Positions 36,576 through 50,046 of a stretch of 64,000 nt of DNA are shown here, in pieces (position 1 is the stretch's first letter; every line of letters starts with the position of its first letter). Origin of the DNA: Mobula hypostoma (taxonomy: Eukaryota); assembly GCF_963921235.1 (NCBI RefSeq), contig NC_086097.1:71860001-71924000 (forward strand), in the 5' to 3' direction. The notes beneath the pieces were generated by a model. The model was not told where the DNA came from. It searched no databases and was given only the letters and a program-made list of their open reading frames with translations. Position numbers and translations under genes: made by a program.

Positions 36576-39500
36576 TGTCAGGCCTGTACGTACAGGCTTC
36601 TCCCAGTCTCATACCCTGCTAACAGGAGACACCTGCCACTCATTTCCAACTCATCATCTGCAGCCTATTTAAACCCATATCTCATCCACAATCTTTGTTC
36701 ACTCATACCAGTTGTTCCTAGTGTTCAGTTACTTTGTTGTCTTGTTGTGTTATGTATCGGTTCTCTCTTGTTTTGTGGCCCCTCGTGGCTCGTTATTTTG
36801 CACCTTATTATTAAAGTTATCACTCACCAGTAAATTATCTCTGCTGCCCTGAGTTTGGATTAAGCCCCCTCTACATTCTCTGACAGGATGAGTGAACTAA
36901 CAATGGACCCAGCAGCGTGTTCTGGCTTAAAGAAAGTCATCCATCGAGATGAGCACACAATCCACAAGCTGCAAGAAACCACTGGCACTTTCTTGTTGAT
37001 ATGCTTGCCATTCTCTTCCAGTTCGCCATCTCAGTAAAGCAACCCTATGACAATCAGTCTCCTCCCTCTGAGCTCTGGATTCCAGTGCCCAGTGACGGAG
37101 CACCAACCGGATGATGTAACTTCCTGTCCCAGTGCCTCTCCAGCCGTCTCTTTATTTTACGGACTGAGCCTGACCCAAGTGTACGGTTATGGCCTGAGTG
37201 TAGAGGGAGAGACATTGAAGCAGATGAACAATTCACAGACTTGTAATAAAATCTGTGCAGAACTAAAGGAAAAATAATAAATGCTAGGCCAACAGGGCTG
37301 TCAACTAAAACTCTCAACCTGAAGATTAACGTCAATACTATGGCTAGGAAGCAATAACTTATTACTTAATGAATACTTCTCCTTTACAGCGTCAATCTAA
37401 GTGGAAGCCTTCTTTCGGGGGACAAGGCAAAGGTAAGCAGAGGGTATAGACATTACTGCACTTTTGCACCAGTCCTGACAAGACTGGAACAAGAGGAAGG
37501 GAGTTAAATACCACCACAATGAAACACAAATTGGCTGGAAAGTGCATACTCACGAGCGCGATTGCCAAACTTGTTCTGCAGCCCACCTGCAAGTGCGTGA
37601 AGGCCCTGTGGAAGAGTCCATGGCTGTGACAGAACCAAGATTATCTTCGTCATCTCTCTCTTGACGGGGTGAGTTCTGACTTGAATTACTGCTAACTGGG
37701 ATAACAAAAAAACCACCATTTGCAATAAATTTGAAGAATTGACCACTGATATGCATTGGGTTTTCGACCATCCGAAGGGGGACAGTGGATTGGATACTTT
37801 CCCTGCATCAAAGTTCACGGTCAATGCTGGATTACACTGTGGAATTCAGAACTCTTAAAGCGGAGTGTGGATGGAATGTGGAAGTACTGCTGGCCCATTA
37901 CCATCACAGCCTCTTGGAGTGCTTGAAAGATGAGCTGTCTACTCTAGAGGTGCTCACTGACCTCGAAAGCCTCATAACTCTGGTCCTCCAACTTGACATG
38001 CGCCTTCTGAAAAAAACCCTCCAGATCATCAGCCAAAATCCCAGTTCTGGTCCCTGGACCATTTCAGGTTGCAGGACCCTCATCATCAACACCTGCAGAA
38101 CCCATGCAGTTAGGGAGAGGGCGCCTAACTCCAGAACAGCGTAAGCATCGGTAGAGAAACAACTTGTGCTCTTACTGTGGAGCAGCTAATCACTCACGCA
38201 TCAAATGCCCACTGCGTCCGGGAAAATGGCACTGCCAGATAGAGATGGAGGACCTTCTTTTTGTCAAGTTCCCCCAACCATTTGTTCCAGCACCATAGCC
38301 CAACTTACACGCTCTGATCTCCTCCACACCCCAACAGCTCTATGTGCCCAGGAGGCTGTCGTGGATTCTAACATAGCAGGCAACTTTCTGGACCGGACTC
38401 TATGTCTGCAGCTTGGACTGCCTACCAAGCCAATCTCTCAATCCTTCTGCATCACAGCTATTAAGAGATGTCTCTTGGGATCTGGGATGTTCAGAGTGCA
38501 CACATGGCCTGTGCACATGAGCATTGGAGAGCACTATGTCCATCCAATTCTTCCTGACTAACCCACCCAACACGCCTTGCATCCTGGGCTAGCCATAGCT
38601 TTCCATTCATCATCCTCTCTCCACCTGGTCATCCAGTTCACTGGTGAGTTGGGAACCCACTTGTCAGACCACCTGCCTGCAACCTCAGTTGACTATATCT
38701 CATAAATCCGTGTAGACAAAGGAAACACTCGATCTCAGCAATCCTCTGCAGGAATACCATGTCTTAGACATTGCCTTCAGTAAATGGGAGGCCAGCACCC
38801 TGTTACCCTACAGATCACACAACTGTGTGATTGACTGTCTCCCGAGTAACACCCCTCCCCAAAATTGTCTGTCCTCCCTCTCCCCTCCTGAGACCCAGAC
38901 CATGAATGAGTATATCGCCAAAGCACTACAGCATGGCTTCATTCGAGCATCCTAGTCCTCAGCTGGTGCAGGGTTCTTCTTTGGACTGATGGTTAGCACA
39001 TTGAAGCACTCTGCAGGGCCCAGACCTTCATCAAATGTGATTGATGCAGCACATTCAACCTGACCCGTGTCCACCAGGGGGATGAGTGGAAGAAAGCATT
39101 TGTAACACTCATTGGTTTCTATGAATATATTGTAATGCCTTTCAGACTTTCCAACAGTCTAACTGTTTTCCATGCTTTCATTCACAAGGTCCTCTGAAAC
39201 ATGCTACACAGGTATAGTAGGTATTTTGTCTACTTCGATGACCTACTCATCTTCTCCAAAGACCCCCAAGTCCCTGTCTGTCATGCCTGTCCAGTCCTTC
39301 AACATCTCCTCAAAAACCAACTGTACTGCAAGTTGGAGAAATGCCAGATTCCTCCCCCCACCGCCCCAAGTCATTTCCTTCCTGGGTTATGTCTTTTCAC
39401 CACAGTGCATTACATGGACCCAGAGGAAGTCCACACAATTGTTGAATGACGCTGACCATGCTCCCTTAAACAGCTGCAGCAATTCTTCGGCTTCTCCAAC

Positions 39501-40815
39501 TTCTACCACTGTTTCATCAGGATCTGCAGCCAAGTTGTCTCTTCTCTCACCACCCCCCCCCACCTCATAGATAACCTGGTCTGCTGCTGAGGACCACACT
39601 TTCAAGGAGTACAAGAGATGCCTCACTACCATTTCCACTGTTCACCATCCAAACCTCTCAGGACCTTTCGTGGAAAAGGTGGATGGGTGCCGGAATCATC
39701 CTCTCCCATCGAGGACTAAACAGGAAGAGACACCCTTGTGCCTTCTTCTTGCGCAAGTTCAACTTTCACAGTACCATTATGGAGTAGGAGACAAGCAGCT
39801 ACTCATCATTAAATGGGCCTTGGAGCGATGGCTGTTGGGGAGCACTAAGCCCTTCCTGATCTGGACTGACCTCCAGAACCTCATCCATTCAGCAGACCCA
39901 CTAGCTCAAAACCTGTCAGGCTCACTTAGCCCTCTTCTTCGAGCAATTCAACTTCACCATCTCCTACCAACCGGGCTCCAAAAATACGAAGATGGATGCC
40001 CTGTCATGACCGTTTGACCAAGTTGAAATGGAGATCAACCCGCAGCTCAGCATTCCATCCTCATAGATCCTCACACCGATTGTCAGGGATCTTGAATAAC
40101 AAATCCAGCAGGGCCTACAGCATGAGTCTGTGCCGGCCTACACACCTGACCACCACATGGACGTGCTGGTGGGCATGTGACCTGAAGCATTCCAGTGGGC
40201 CCTCTCCTCACCTCTCTCCAACCATCCAGATGCACAATGGACCCTGGATTTTCTACAACGTTGGTTCCAGTGACCCTCCATGATCACAGATATACATCAG
40301 TTCCTCGCAGCCTGCCCTCAATATGCCCAGTCCATTTACTCCAACCAGCAGCCATCTGAGCTCCTACTCATGGTCCCACATCGCTATGGATTTCATCGCG
40401 GATTTGCCACCTTCTAGTGGGTCCACGGTAATTATGACAGTGTTGGATCGGTTCTCCAAGGCAGCCCACTTCATTGCCCTCCCCAAACTTCCCTCAGTCG
40501 TTGATAGAGTAGACCTCATTCTCCAAAATATAGTTCACCTCCATGGTTTCCCTTAAGACATCGTGTTGGACCGAGGACCACAATTCATCCCCTGCTTCGG
40601 GTGAACCCTCTGCTCCCTCCTCCTCATCTCAGTGTGTTTGTCCTCTGGCTGATATCCATAGAGCAACAGTCAGTCAAAAATAGCCAACCAGCAAGTGGAG
40701 AAGTTTCTAAGGTGCTTCGCCACCTCTAACATTTCCACTTGGAAGAAGTACAGTATTTGCTCTGGGCTGAACTATTCCACAATCTACACATTACCTCTGT
40801 CTTGGGTATGTCTCA
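36576..40815 (+). mobile_element. Decayed Ty3/Gypsy (sushi-like) element: 5' LTR (36576-36885), gag, PR, RT, RH, IN; 3' end missing
   Basis: LTR TGTCAG...CTGACA with ATTAAA. ATGGACCCAGCA (MDPA) at 36903. Gag DYTVEFRTL..ECGWN, zinc knuckle CSYCGAANHSRIKC (~38166), [40 protein letters not shown]...[12 protein letters not shown]. Confidence 0.92.
37155..37631 (-). mobile_element. Solo LTR inserted in the Gypsy gag, same family as the LTR pieces at 19461-23370
   Basis: Ends ggctgtgaca (TGTCACAGCC on minus; compare tgtcacaacc at 19461). gaactaaaggaaaataataaatgctaggccaacagggc matches the reverse complement of 23243-23280. Left boundary approximate. Confidence 0.7.
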
Positions 40816-42024
40816 CATGATAGCCATCCTCTTAAGGCCACTGCTGCCGAGAGACAGTTGCCAAATATATGAACTCCCATGCGACACCCCAGTGTCTCAT
40901 TGTCCAGTTAGAGGTCATGAAGCTACAAGAATCTAAGACAGCCTCAATGATCCTCTCTCACTAGAAAGCTGTGAGACATTTGTTCGATGCCTGCCATCAC
41001 TGTATACTGTGGTGGACACAGTTCTGAAGGCATGAGGAGCCCAAGCGAAGAGTTATTGAGGTCTGGACCCCACAAGAGCACAGTGTTCAGTGATATGTCT
41101 TTGAACTGCGCTCTTGATGTAAGTACAATTCGTGCAGGTTTCTGGGGGTGGTAAACACCAAAGTTGAGCAAAGACCAGACTTCTTTGTTGGGATCTAGTG
41201 CAGGAGCAATCTCAGCACAATTGTTCCTGAAGAACTTCTCCATGAACTCCATGTAATGATCATTCATTTCTGGTTTCCTTCTCAATGTGTGACTGAGGGA
41301 AATGAGTCAACTAAGGGCTTGCTCTCTGTTGTTTGTTAGGAGTTGTTGTGGAGAGTGGAAAGGAAGGGGAGCTATCCAAATGTTTGACTCATCTTTGCCA
41401 AACTCTTTGTTCATGATCTCATCTTCAGTAGAAAATGAGATCATGCTTATAATCATCTTCCGAGTGACAGAAGATCAGCTAGCCTAAATCTGGTTGAGCA
41501 GAGGTAATATGTCAGGGCACTTGGTTTGCTTACCTGCAATCTTCTCTTTCGTACAGATGCTACTCTCATAGGATCTGAAATGGCTTGGGAGACCATTCTC
41601 CAGGACATTAGTATTAAACATGCTGAGAGTAGGCTGAAAACCACTATCAAGGCAGACTTCATCTGCAATAACCCAACCTAGGTCTATCATCAGGCATTAG
41701 GTGTATTGTGCTGACCATTGTGCTGTTCACGTCCCTAATGCACAGATCGTGTCTCTCCCAAGAAACAGAAGAATCTCAGTGGAAGAGTCAAGTGGAGGTA
41801 TCTTGTCTCTATGGCTTAAGATGTGAATGACCGTGTGTAGCCTCAGAAGCTGAGATTTTATCCCTGGTGTTGGGAATATGGTCACACTCAATGAGGGCTG
41901 GCAAAGATAACCTCCCTCCTAGTGGCTCCATGACAAATTCATTGGCTCTTCTGGCAACTTCTGATATTCCAGAACACACCAATAGAGTGTACAGGGAAAT
42001 GGAACTTTGATTACTGAATGTGTC

Positions 42025-44200
42025 CAAGGCATGCAATAAGGGCAATGACACAATTGTAATGGAACCCTTAGGAGACAGTGATCATAATATGATTGAATTC
42101 ATCCTTCAATTTGAGGGGGAAGCACAAGTCACGTATTTCAGTATCACAATGGAATAAAGGGAATTACAGAGGCATGAGAGAGGGGCTTTCCCAGGTGGAT
42201 TGGAGAAGGATACTGATGGGGATGACGGCAGAGCAGGGATGGGTGAGATTTCTGGGAATAGTTCACAAGACACAGGATAGATACAGTATGTCCCCAGAAG
42301 AAATAGTTCTCAAATGGCAGGGGTAGGCAATCATGGCAAAAGTGAGTGGGAAGTTGGATGATTGGAAAGTTTTTAAAATCCAATAAAAGGCAACTAAAAA
42401 AGCAATAAGAAGGGAAAAGATAAAATATGAGATCAAACTAGCCCATAATATAAAGCAGGATACTAAAAGATTTTTCATTTATATTAAGAGTAAAAGGGAG
42501 GTGGGAGTTGATATTGTACCACTAGAAAATGATGCTGGTGAGATAGTAATGGGGGACAAAGAAATGGCAGATGAACTTAATGGATACTTTGGATCAGTCT
42601 TCACTGTGGAAGACACGAGCATTGTGCCAGAGGTCCATGAATGTAAAGGAGCAGGAGTGAATGTCATTGCTGTTACAAAGGAAAAAGTGCTAGGCAAACT
42701 CAAAGGTCTTAAAGTGGATAAGTCACCTGGACCAGATGGACAACATCCCATTATCCTGAGAGAGGTCACTGAAGAGATAACAGATGCATTGGTCATGATC
42801 TGGAAGATTGCAAATGTCACTCTACTCTTTAAAAAAGGGAGGAAGGCAGAAGAAAGGAAATTGTAGGCCAGTTAGCCTAAACTAAGTGGCTGGGAAAGTG
42901 TTGGAGTCTATTATTAAAGATGAGGTTTTGGGGTACTTGGAGACTAATGATAAAGTAAGATAAAGTCAGCATGGTTTCTGTAAAGGGAAATCTTGCCTGA
43001 CAAATCTTTTAGAGTTCTTCAAGGAAGTAACAAGCAGTGTGGACAAAGGAGAGGCAGTGGATGTCATTTACTTGAATTTTCAGAAGGCATTTGATAAGGT
43101 GCTGCACATGAGTCTGCTTAACAAGATAAAATTCTATGGCATTACAGGAAAGATGCTGGCATGGATAGTGGAATGGCTGTCAAGCAGGAGGCAGCGAGTG
43201 GGAATAAAGGGGTCCTTTTCTGGTTGGCTGCCAGTGACTAGTGGTGTTCCTCAGGGAACAGTATTGGGACTGTTACTTTTCACATTGTTTGTCAATGATT
43301 TGGATAATCGACTTGATGGCATTGTGAGAAAGTTTGTGAATGATACAAAGATAGGTGGAGGGGTAGGTAGTGCTGAGGAAGCAATGCGATTGCAGCAGGC
43401 CATAGACAAACTGGAAGAATTTGTAAAAAAAAATGGCAAATGGAATAGTGTTGTGAAATTTACGATAATGCATTTTGGTAAAAGGAACAATAGTGTGGAC
43501 TATTATCTAAGTGGGGAGAAGGTTCAAAGATCAAAGGTGCAGAAGGACTTAGGAGTCCTCGTGCAAGATTCCCAGAATGTTAATTTACAGGTTGAGTCTG
43601 TGGTAAAGAAGGCAAGTGCAATGTTGGCATTCATTTCGAGGGGAATAGAATATAAAAGCAAGGAGATAATGATGAGACTTTATAAGACACTAGTCAGGCT
43701 GCACTTGGGATATTGGCAAGAATCCAGAGGAGGTTCACACAGGAATGAAGGAGTTAACATATGAGGAGCGTTCAGCAGCTTTGGGCCTGTACTCATGCGA
43801 TTTAGAAGAATGTGAGGGGATCTCATTGCAACCTACCAAATGTTGAAAGGACTAGGTAAGCAGGATGTGGAGAGAATGTTTCCTATAGTGGAGGTATCCA
43901 GAACTAGAGGGCACAGCCTCAGAATTGAGGGGCAACCTTTAAGAACAGAGGTAAGAAGGATTGTTTTTTAGCCAGAGAGTAGTAAATCTGTGTAATACTC
44001 TGCCACAGACTGCAGTAGAGGCCAAGTCCATGGGTATACTTAAGGCGGAAGTTGATCATTTCCTGATCGGTCAGGGCATCAAAGGAGATGCCAAGAAGGC
44101 AGATGTATGGGGTTAAGTGGGATCCGGGATCAGCCATGATGGAATGGCAAAGCAGACTCGATGGGCTGACTGGCCTAATTCTGCTCCTATGCCTTATGGT
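42025..44200 (+). mobile_element. CR1 LINE (partial EN, RT, 3' tail) inserted in the BEL protease region
   Basis: ORFs 42501..42866 (DKSPGPDG) and 43039..43764 (AFDKV, GVPQG). Tail cctatgccttatggtctt. Confidence 0.92.
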
Positions 44201-46025
44201 CTTTTGTTGACTTTGGCAATCACATGTTGTTCTGATCATCTGATATCTATTATTTTTTTTAATCAGGATGCCCTTTTTGGTAGATGTTTACTGGATATAT
44301 TTTGGAGCAGGATTTGCCTTGGAAGCTGCCCCTGCATACCTCTATGCATGGGGATGTAACTATGTCTGACAGATGCTCAGCTGGCTTCCTCTTCCTATCA
44401 TACTCTGCTCTGGATGAACTGGAACTAGCGGTAGCCCAAGGTGCTGACCCTGAATGAAGTGCTGATATGTGCTGGTCACTGATGCAGTATATGATAGCTT
44501 TACAGTCTTTTGCTTGGTGTGCTGTTGAAGCACGACATTTGAAACATATTGAGTGCTCCTTTAGAAAGCATCTCTGGTCTGCAAATGTTTTTTTCTCTGA
44601 CACAGGGCATTGTCTATTTGAGGTCAGGATAGAGTTCTACAATTCAGTTTTGCTGATCACGATAGGGGTTTTGCTTTTCTATGCTTTTGCCAGAGACCTC
44701 TCTTTGAGTGAAGCGTTCCCAGAAGTTTAGAGCATAAAAGTATGATCATTTCACATTTCTGCGTGATAAATTACACAAAGAATGAAAATGGAGAATTGGC
44801 AACGTGACGCTTCATTTTATACTTGAATTCTTCAGTTATCCACTGTTCTTAGATAGTGTTCAGAAGTTTCCCCAATATAGGGTTTATTCCTCTTCCTGTG
44901 TCCGAGAAACTCAGCCCTAGTTGGACTAAACCCCCCACCCCCATTCTTTTGCAGCTTGCTGTTGTGGCAACAGATCTGCAATCTCCTGTAGTTTCTATGG
45001 CTCTTTGTGTGAGAGCTTTGGAAAATTATAGAATCTACTGAAGAGACATTCTTCTGTTGCCTCTGGAAAGCAATAACATTTGTCCAACCGCTGCCACAGC
45101 TGGATTATTAATGTGAACTGCTCTAATCCTTCTTGTATGATGCAGTGACTCCCCATCAAGCCACTTACAAAGCAGGTTTAGCTCTTCTCTAGGTTTGAGA
45201 TCTCATCTTTCCACAGTATTGCAAAAGCTTGACTTCCAGGACAGGTAACTGACAGACTGGTTGTTGAACACGTTTTGTCCTGCTGTGACTATATCTCAAA
45301 GAGCCAGATATCAAGCCAAATCTAATGCACCTGCGGCTCCTGAATAAGAGCATTGAGGAGATTGGTTTGCCAAATGTGTCCTGGGATAGGTGGAAGCTCA
45401 GCCTATCCATGTCTGTGCAAGTGAAGTTGGAGTCAGTAGCAACTTTTGACTGAGGTCTTTGTAATGGTGGAAACACAAAGGAGGTGTTGTGGGTCTTTGG
45501 TGATGTAGACATTGACTGTCAATACCTAGACTGAAGGCAATATTGGCTGCATAGTGTGGACAGCTTCACCTTGTACAGCTGAATCACCATCGTTTTTATA
45601 ACCATATTCTTTAGTAAGATGCATTTGCTGTTGTGATGGCAAAGCATGGCTGATTCTGGTTATAGACTCACCACCATCTAAGTCAGCTGCTTCTTCATGC
45701 ACCTTTGCCGCAGCTTGATGCACCTCCTTAAGCCTTCTTGATGTAGTCCCTACATGTGCTCTCTCCATGTCTATACAGGCTTTCTCTATTTGCATCTCAA
45801 CTTCTCGCTTAGCATAAGCTGCTCTCATTCTTCCTGCTTCAGCTTTGGCTAATTGTAATTCTGTTTGAGCACTAGAAACACATGATAGATGCGTCATATT
45901 CTCACCTAACTTCCAGGTCTTGGCGACTGACATTGCTCGGGTCGGAAGCTGCCATTATTGTCTGCGGCTTTCAGATGCATCTCCAGTCCGTGGGGGATGC
46001 CTTTGAAGACAAGATATCTTTTCAC

Positions 46026-48445
46026 TCTGCTGGCTGTATTGTGCATCTATACACAGCTATGCAGCGAGCTAAACAGCTTATCAAAACTCACCAAAGATGG
46101 AAGCTTTCTTCAGTGTTGTTACGAAGTAATGTCCTTGTGAAGCTGCAGAAATTTAAGTAAAATACATATTAAATTCAACACAGAATGACCGCAGGCTTAA
46201 TTAGGAAGGGGAAAAAAGATTATGAGAGAAAACTGGCAGGGAACATAAAAACTGACTGTAAAAGCTCTTATAGATATGTGAAAAGAAAAAGATTGGTTAA
46301 GACAAATGTAGGTCCCCTATAGACAGAAACAGGTGAATTGATTATGGGGAGCAAGGACATGGCAGACCAATTGAATAATTACTTTGGTTCTGTCTTCACT
46401 AAGGAGGACATAAATAGTCTTCCGGAAATAGTAGGGGACAGAGGGTCCAGTGAGATGGAGGAACTGAGGGAAATACATGTTAGTAGGGAAGTGGTGTTAG
46501 GTAAATTGAAGGGATTAAAGGCAGATAAATCCCCAGGGCCAGATGGTCTGCATCCCAGAGTGCTTAAGGAAGTAGCCCAAGAAATAGTGGATGCATTAGT
46601 GATAATTTTTCAAAACTCTTTAGATTCTGAACTAGTTACTGAGGATTGGAGGGTGGCTAATGTAACCCCACTTTTTAAAAAAGGAGGGAGAGAGAAACCA
46701 GGGAATTATAGACTGGTTAGCCTAACATCGGTGGTGGGGAAACTGCTAGAGTCAGTTATCAAAGGTGTGATACAGCACATTTGGAAAGCGGTGAAATCAT
46801 CGGACAAAGTCAGCATGGATTTGTGAAAGGAAAATCATGTCTGACGAATCTCATAGAATTTTTTGAGGATGTAACTAGTAGAGTGGATGGGGAGAACCAG
46901 TGGATGTGGTATATTTGGATTTTCAAAAGGTTTTTGACAAGGTCCCACACAAGAGATTAGTGTGCAAACTTAAAGCACACGGTATTGGGGGTAAGGTATT
47001 GATGTGGATAGAGAATTGGTTGGCAGACAGGAAGCAAAGAGTGGGAATAAACGGGACCTTTTCAGAATGGCAGGCAGTGACTAGTGGGGTACCGCAAGGC
47101 TCAGTGCTGGGACCCCAGTTGTTTACAATATATATTAATGACTTGGATGAGGGAATTAAATGCAGCATCTCCAAGTTTGCGGATGACACGAAGCTGGGCA
47201 GCAGTGTTAGCTGTGAGGAGGATCCTAAGAGGATGCAGGGTGAATTGGATAGGTTAAGTGAGTGGGCAAATTCATGGCAGATGCAATTTAATGTGGATAA
47301 ATGTGAAGTTATCCACTTTGGTGGCAAAAACAGGGAAACAGATTATTATCTGAATGGTGGCCGATTAGGAAAAGGGGAGGTGCAATGAGACCTGGGTGTC
47401 ATTATACACCAGTCATTGAAAGTGGGCATGCAGGTACAGCAGGCGGTGAAAAAGGCGAATGGCATGCTGGCATTCATAGCAAGAGGATTCGAGTACAGGA
47501 AGGTGGAGGTACTACCGCAGTTGTACAAGGCCTTGGTGAGACCACACCTGGAGTATTGTGTGCAGTTTTGGTCCCCTAATCTGAGGAAAGACATCCTTGC
47601 CATAGAGGGAGTACAAAGAAGGTTCACCAGATTGATTCCTGGGATGGCAGGACTTTCATATGATGAAAGACTGGATGAACTAGGCTTATACTTGTTGGAA
47701 TTTAGAAGATTGAGGGGGGTTCTGATTGAAACGTATAAAATCCTAAAGGGATTGGACAGGCTAGATGCAGGAAGATTGTTCCCGATGTTGGGGAAGTCCA
47801 GAACGAGGGGTCGCAGTTTGAGGATAAAGGGGAAGTCTTTTAGGACTGAGATTAAGAAAAACTTCTTCACACAGAGAGTGGTGAATCTGTGGATTTCTCT
47901 GCCACAGGAAACAGTTGAGGCCAGTTCATTGGCTATATTTAAGAGGGAGTTAGATATGGCCCTTGTGGCTAAAGGGATCGGGGGTATGGAGGGAAGGCTG
48001 GTGCAGGGTTCTGAGTTGGATGATCAGCCATGATCATACTGAATGGCGGTGCAGGCTCGAAGGGCCGAATGGTCTACTCCTGCACCTATTTTCTATGTTT
48101 CTATGTTTCTATGCCTGAATATCCTAATACTTGAGATTATTTTCACAAATATTGCTAACCAAAGTAGTACACATATGCAATACTCCATAACTATGCAATG
48201 ATAATTTAAATATAATACTTCCTTCAAAATATATCTACTAAGTATTTGCCAATAGCTCCAAAAACCTAAGACTCACTGATATTGCTGTTTCAAGGGCAAA
48301 TAAGGAGTGACTGGAAATTTGTGCCTTTCCACTCTGCACTTTAAATTAAATCCAAACTAACCTTCACAAGAAGTAGTATAAACAACAGTTTACCAACAGG
48401 AAGTGATGTTCATACAAATGAACTGCACCTCAATTGGCCAGAAGA
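46026..48445 (-). repeat. BEL/Pao 5' LTR, split by a CR1 insertion (46194-48113)
   Basis: Shares acagctatgcag(t/c)gagctaaacagctt...agatggaagctttcttcag, cctgaatatc.taatact and caggaagtgat.ttcatacaaa with 35569-36099. Confidence 0.85.
46194..48113 (+). mobile_element. 5'-truncated CR1 of the young subfamily, with a few frameshifts and stops
   Basis: Highly similar to 58479-60394. (TTTCTATG)n tail. Confidence 0.95.
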
Positions 48446-48469
48446 ACCATCACTCACCTGTCAGGAGTG

Positions 48470-48725
48470 TCTGGTGGGGGGAGGAGTTTAAAGAAGGTGT
48501 GGAAGGGAAGTTCTTTTTTACAGCGAGAGTAGTTGATGCCTGGAAGCAGATGCATCGTGGTGTTTAAGGGGCATTTAGATAGATTCATGAAGATGCAGGA
48601 AGTGGAGACATATGGATCCTGTACAGCCAGAAGAGATTTAGTTTAATTTGGTATTGTGTTGAGTATAGACACTGTGGGCCGAGGTGCCTGTTCCTGTGTT
48701 GTACTACTTCATGTTCTATGTTCTA
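48470..48725 (+). mobile_element. Decayed CR1 3' tail
   Basis: gtgggccgaggtgcctgttcctgtgttgtactacttcatgttctatgttcta. Confidence 0.65.
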
Positions 48726-48819
48726 TTAATTAGGACTCAAATTTAATTTTTGCATGCTCTGCTGCATCATCATGCAAATGGTATTGTTTTCATTTTCATA
48801 CTTTTGTTCAGAGCATGTC

Positions 48820-49147
48820 AGTAATTCAACCACATGCCTTGAGAAGTTTGCATCCATCATTAGGGGCCCCTATCACCCAGAACACACTCTCTTCTCATTG
48901 TTACCATCACGGACGAGGTACAGGAGATGGAAGACCCACACTCAATGACTCAGGAACAGGTTCTTCCCCTGTAGGATCAGATTTCTGAACAGACCATGAA
49001 CCAAAGAACACTACTTAATCATTACTTTTATTTTGCATTACTAATTTATTTTGTAATTTTTAATAATTTTATGTCTTTGCCACAAAGCAACTTATTTCTT
49101 GTCATATAAAACAGCAATAATAAACCTGACTGTGATTCTGATTCTGA
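48820..49147 (+). mobile_element. Rex1/L2-clade 3' end
   Basis: ctcttctcattgttaccatca...aggtacagg...caggaacaggttcttcccc. Tail aataaacctgactgtgattctgattctga. Confidence 0.7.
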
Positions 49148-49469
49148 GATATATTGTGTCAAGTTCACAAACATGTTTTTGTAGGACAGAGTGGGATATA
49201 AACAGAAACAACAGGAGCTGACTTTAGGCTCTAGGGTCTACCTGTGTGCCTTTACTCTCATGGGGAAGACAGAGATGACCACGCACAGGACACCTATGAT
49301 GGGGCACCAGGTGGCAGCAAGACTGACACAAGTGAAGCTAATGGTATTCTCAGATCTAGTTCTACAGCCTGTAATCCTCTTTCCATTTGTCCTAGAATTA
49401 CTTCTGTATTCGCCAAATGCAAACATCATAAGCATGTCCTGTTCATTCCCTTCCACTTTTGTTCCATGT

Positions 49470-50046
49470 TCCAAGGAATTGGTCAGACAGCACTTGGAAT
49501 AAGGTGAGCAGATCTGAGACCCTTATCTAAAAATGATTTACTGGCACTGGACAGGGTCCAGAGGAGGTGCCCAAGATGATCCCAGGAATGAAACGCTTAA
49601 TGTGTGAGGAGTATTTGATGGTTCTGGGCCTGTAACTCTGGAGAAGAATTTAGAAGAATAAGGCAGGACCTCGTTGAAACCTGTTGAGTACTGAGAGGCC
49701 TACATAGATTGGACATGGAAAAGATGTTTCCTATAGCGGGAAAGTCTAGAACCAGAGAGCACAGTCTCAGAGTACAAGGATGTACCTTTAGAACAGAGAG
49801 GAGAAGGAACTTCTTTAGCCAGAGGATGGTGAATCTATGGAATTCATTGCCACCGATGACTGCGGAGGCCAAGTCACTGGGTATATTCAAAGTGTAAGTT
49901 TACAGGTCCTCGATTAGTAAGGTTGTCAAAGGTTATGATGAGAAGGCAAGATAATGGTGTTGAGGAGATAATAAATCAGCCATGGTAGAATGGCAGAGGA
50001 GGTTCGATGGGCTGAGTTGCCAAATTCTGCTATGTCTTATGGTCTC
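49470..50046 (+). mobile_element. CR1 3' fragment
   Basis: ORF 49709..49897 reads SRTREHSLR...FFSQRMVNLWNSLP. Tail tatgtcttatggtct. Confidence 0.85.

Larger units (their letters stand above)
35569..48445 (-). mobile_element. BEL/Pao LTR retrotransposon, decayed, with both LTRs and nested insertions
   Basis: 5-bp TSD ACCAT at 35564-35568 and 48446-48450. Gag N-terminus at 45526..45933, Gag Cys/His cluster ICFKC..STAHQAKDC at 44259..44603, protease DDQNN at ~44240, RT GVYHPQKPARIV...GPDLNN at 40944..41285, and pol SPLSKLCPFLDSEG...LIRHYHE at 36272-36575. Confidence 0.9.
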
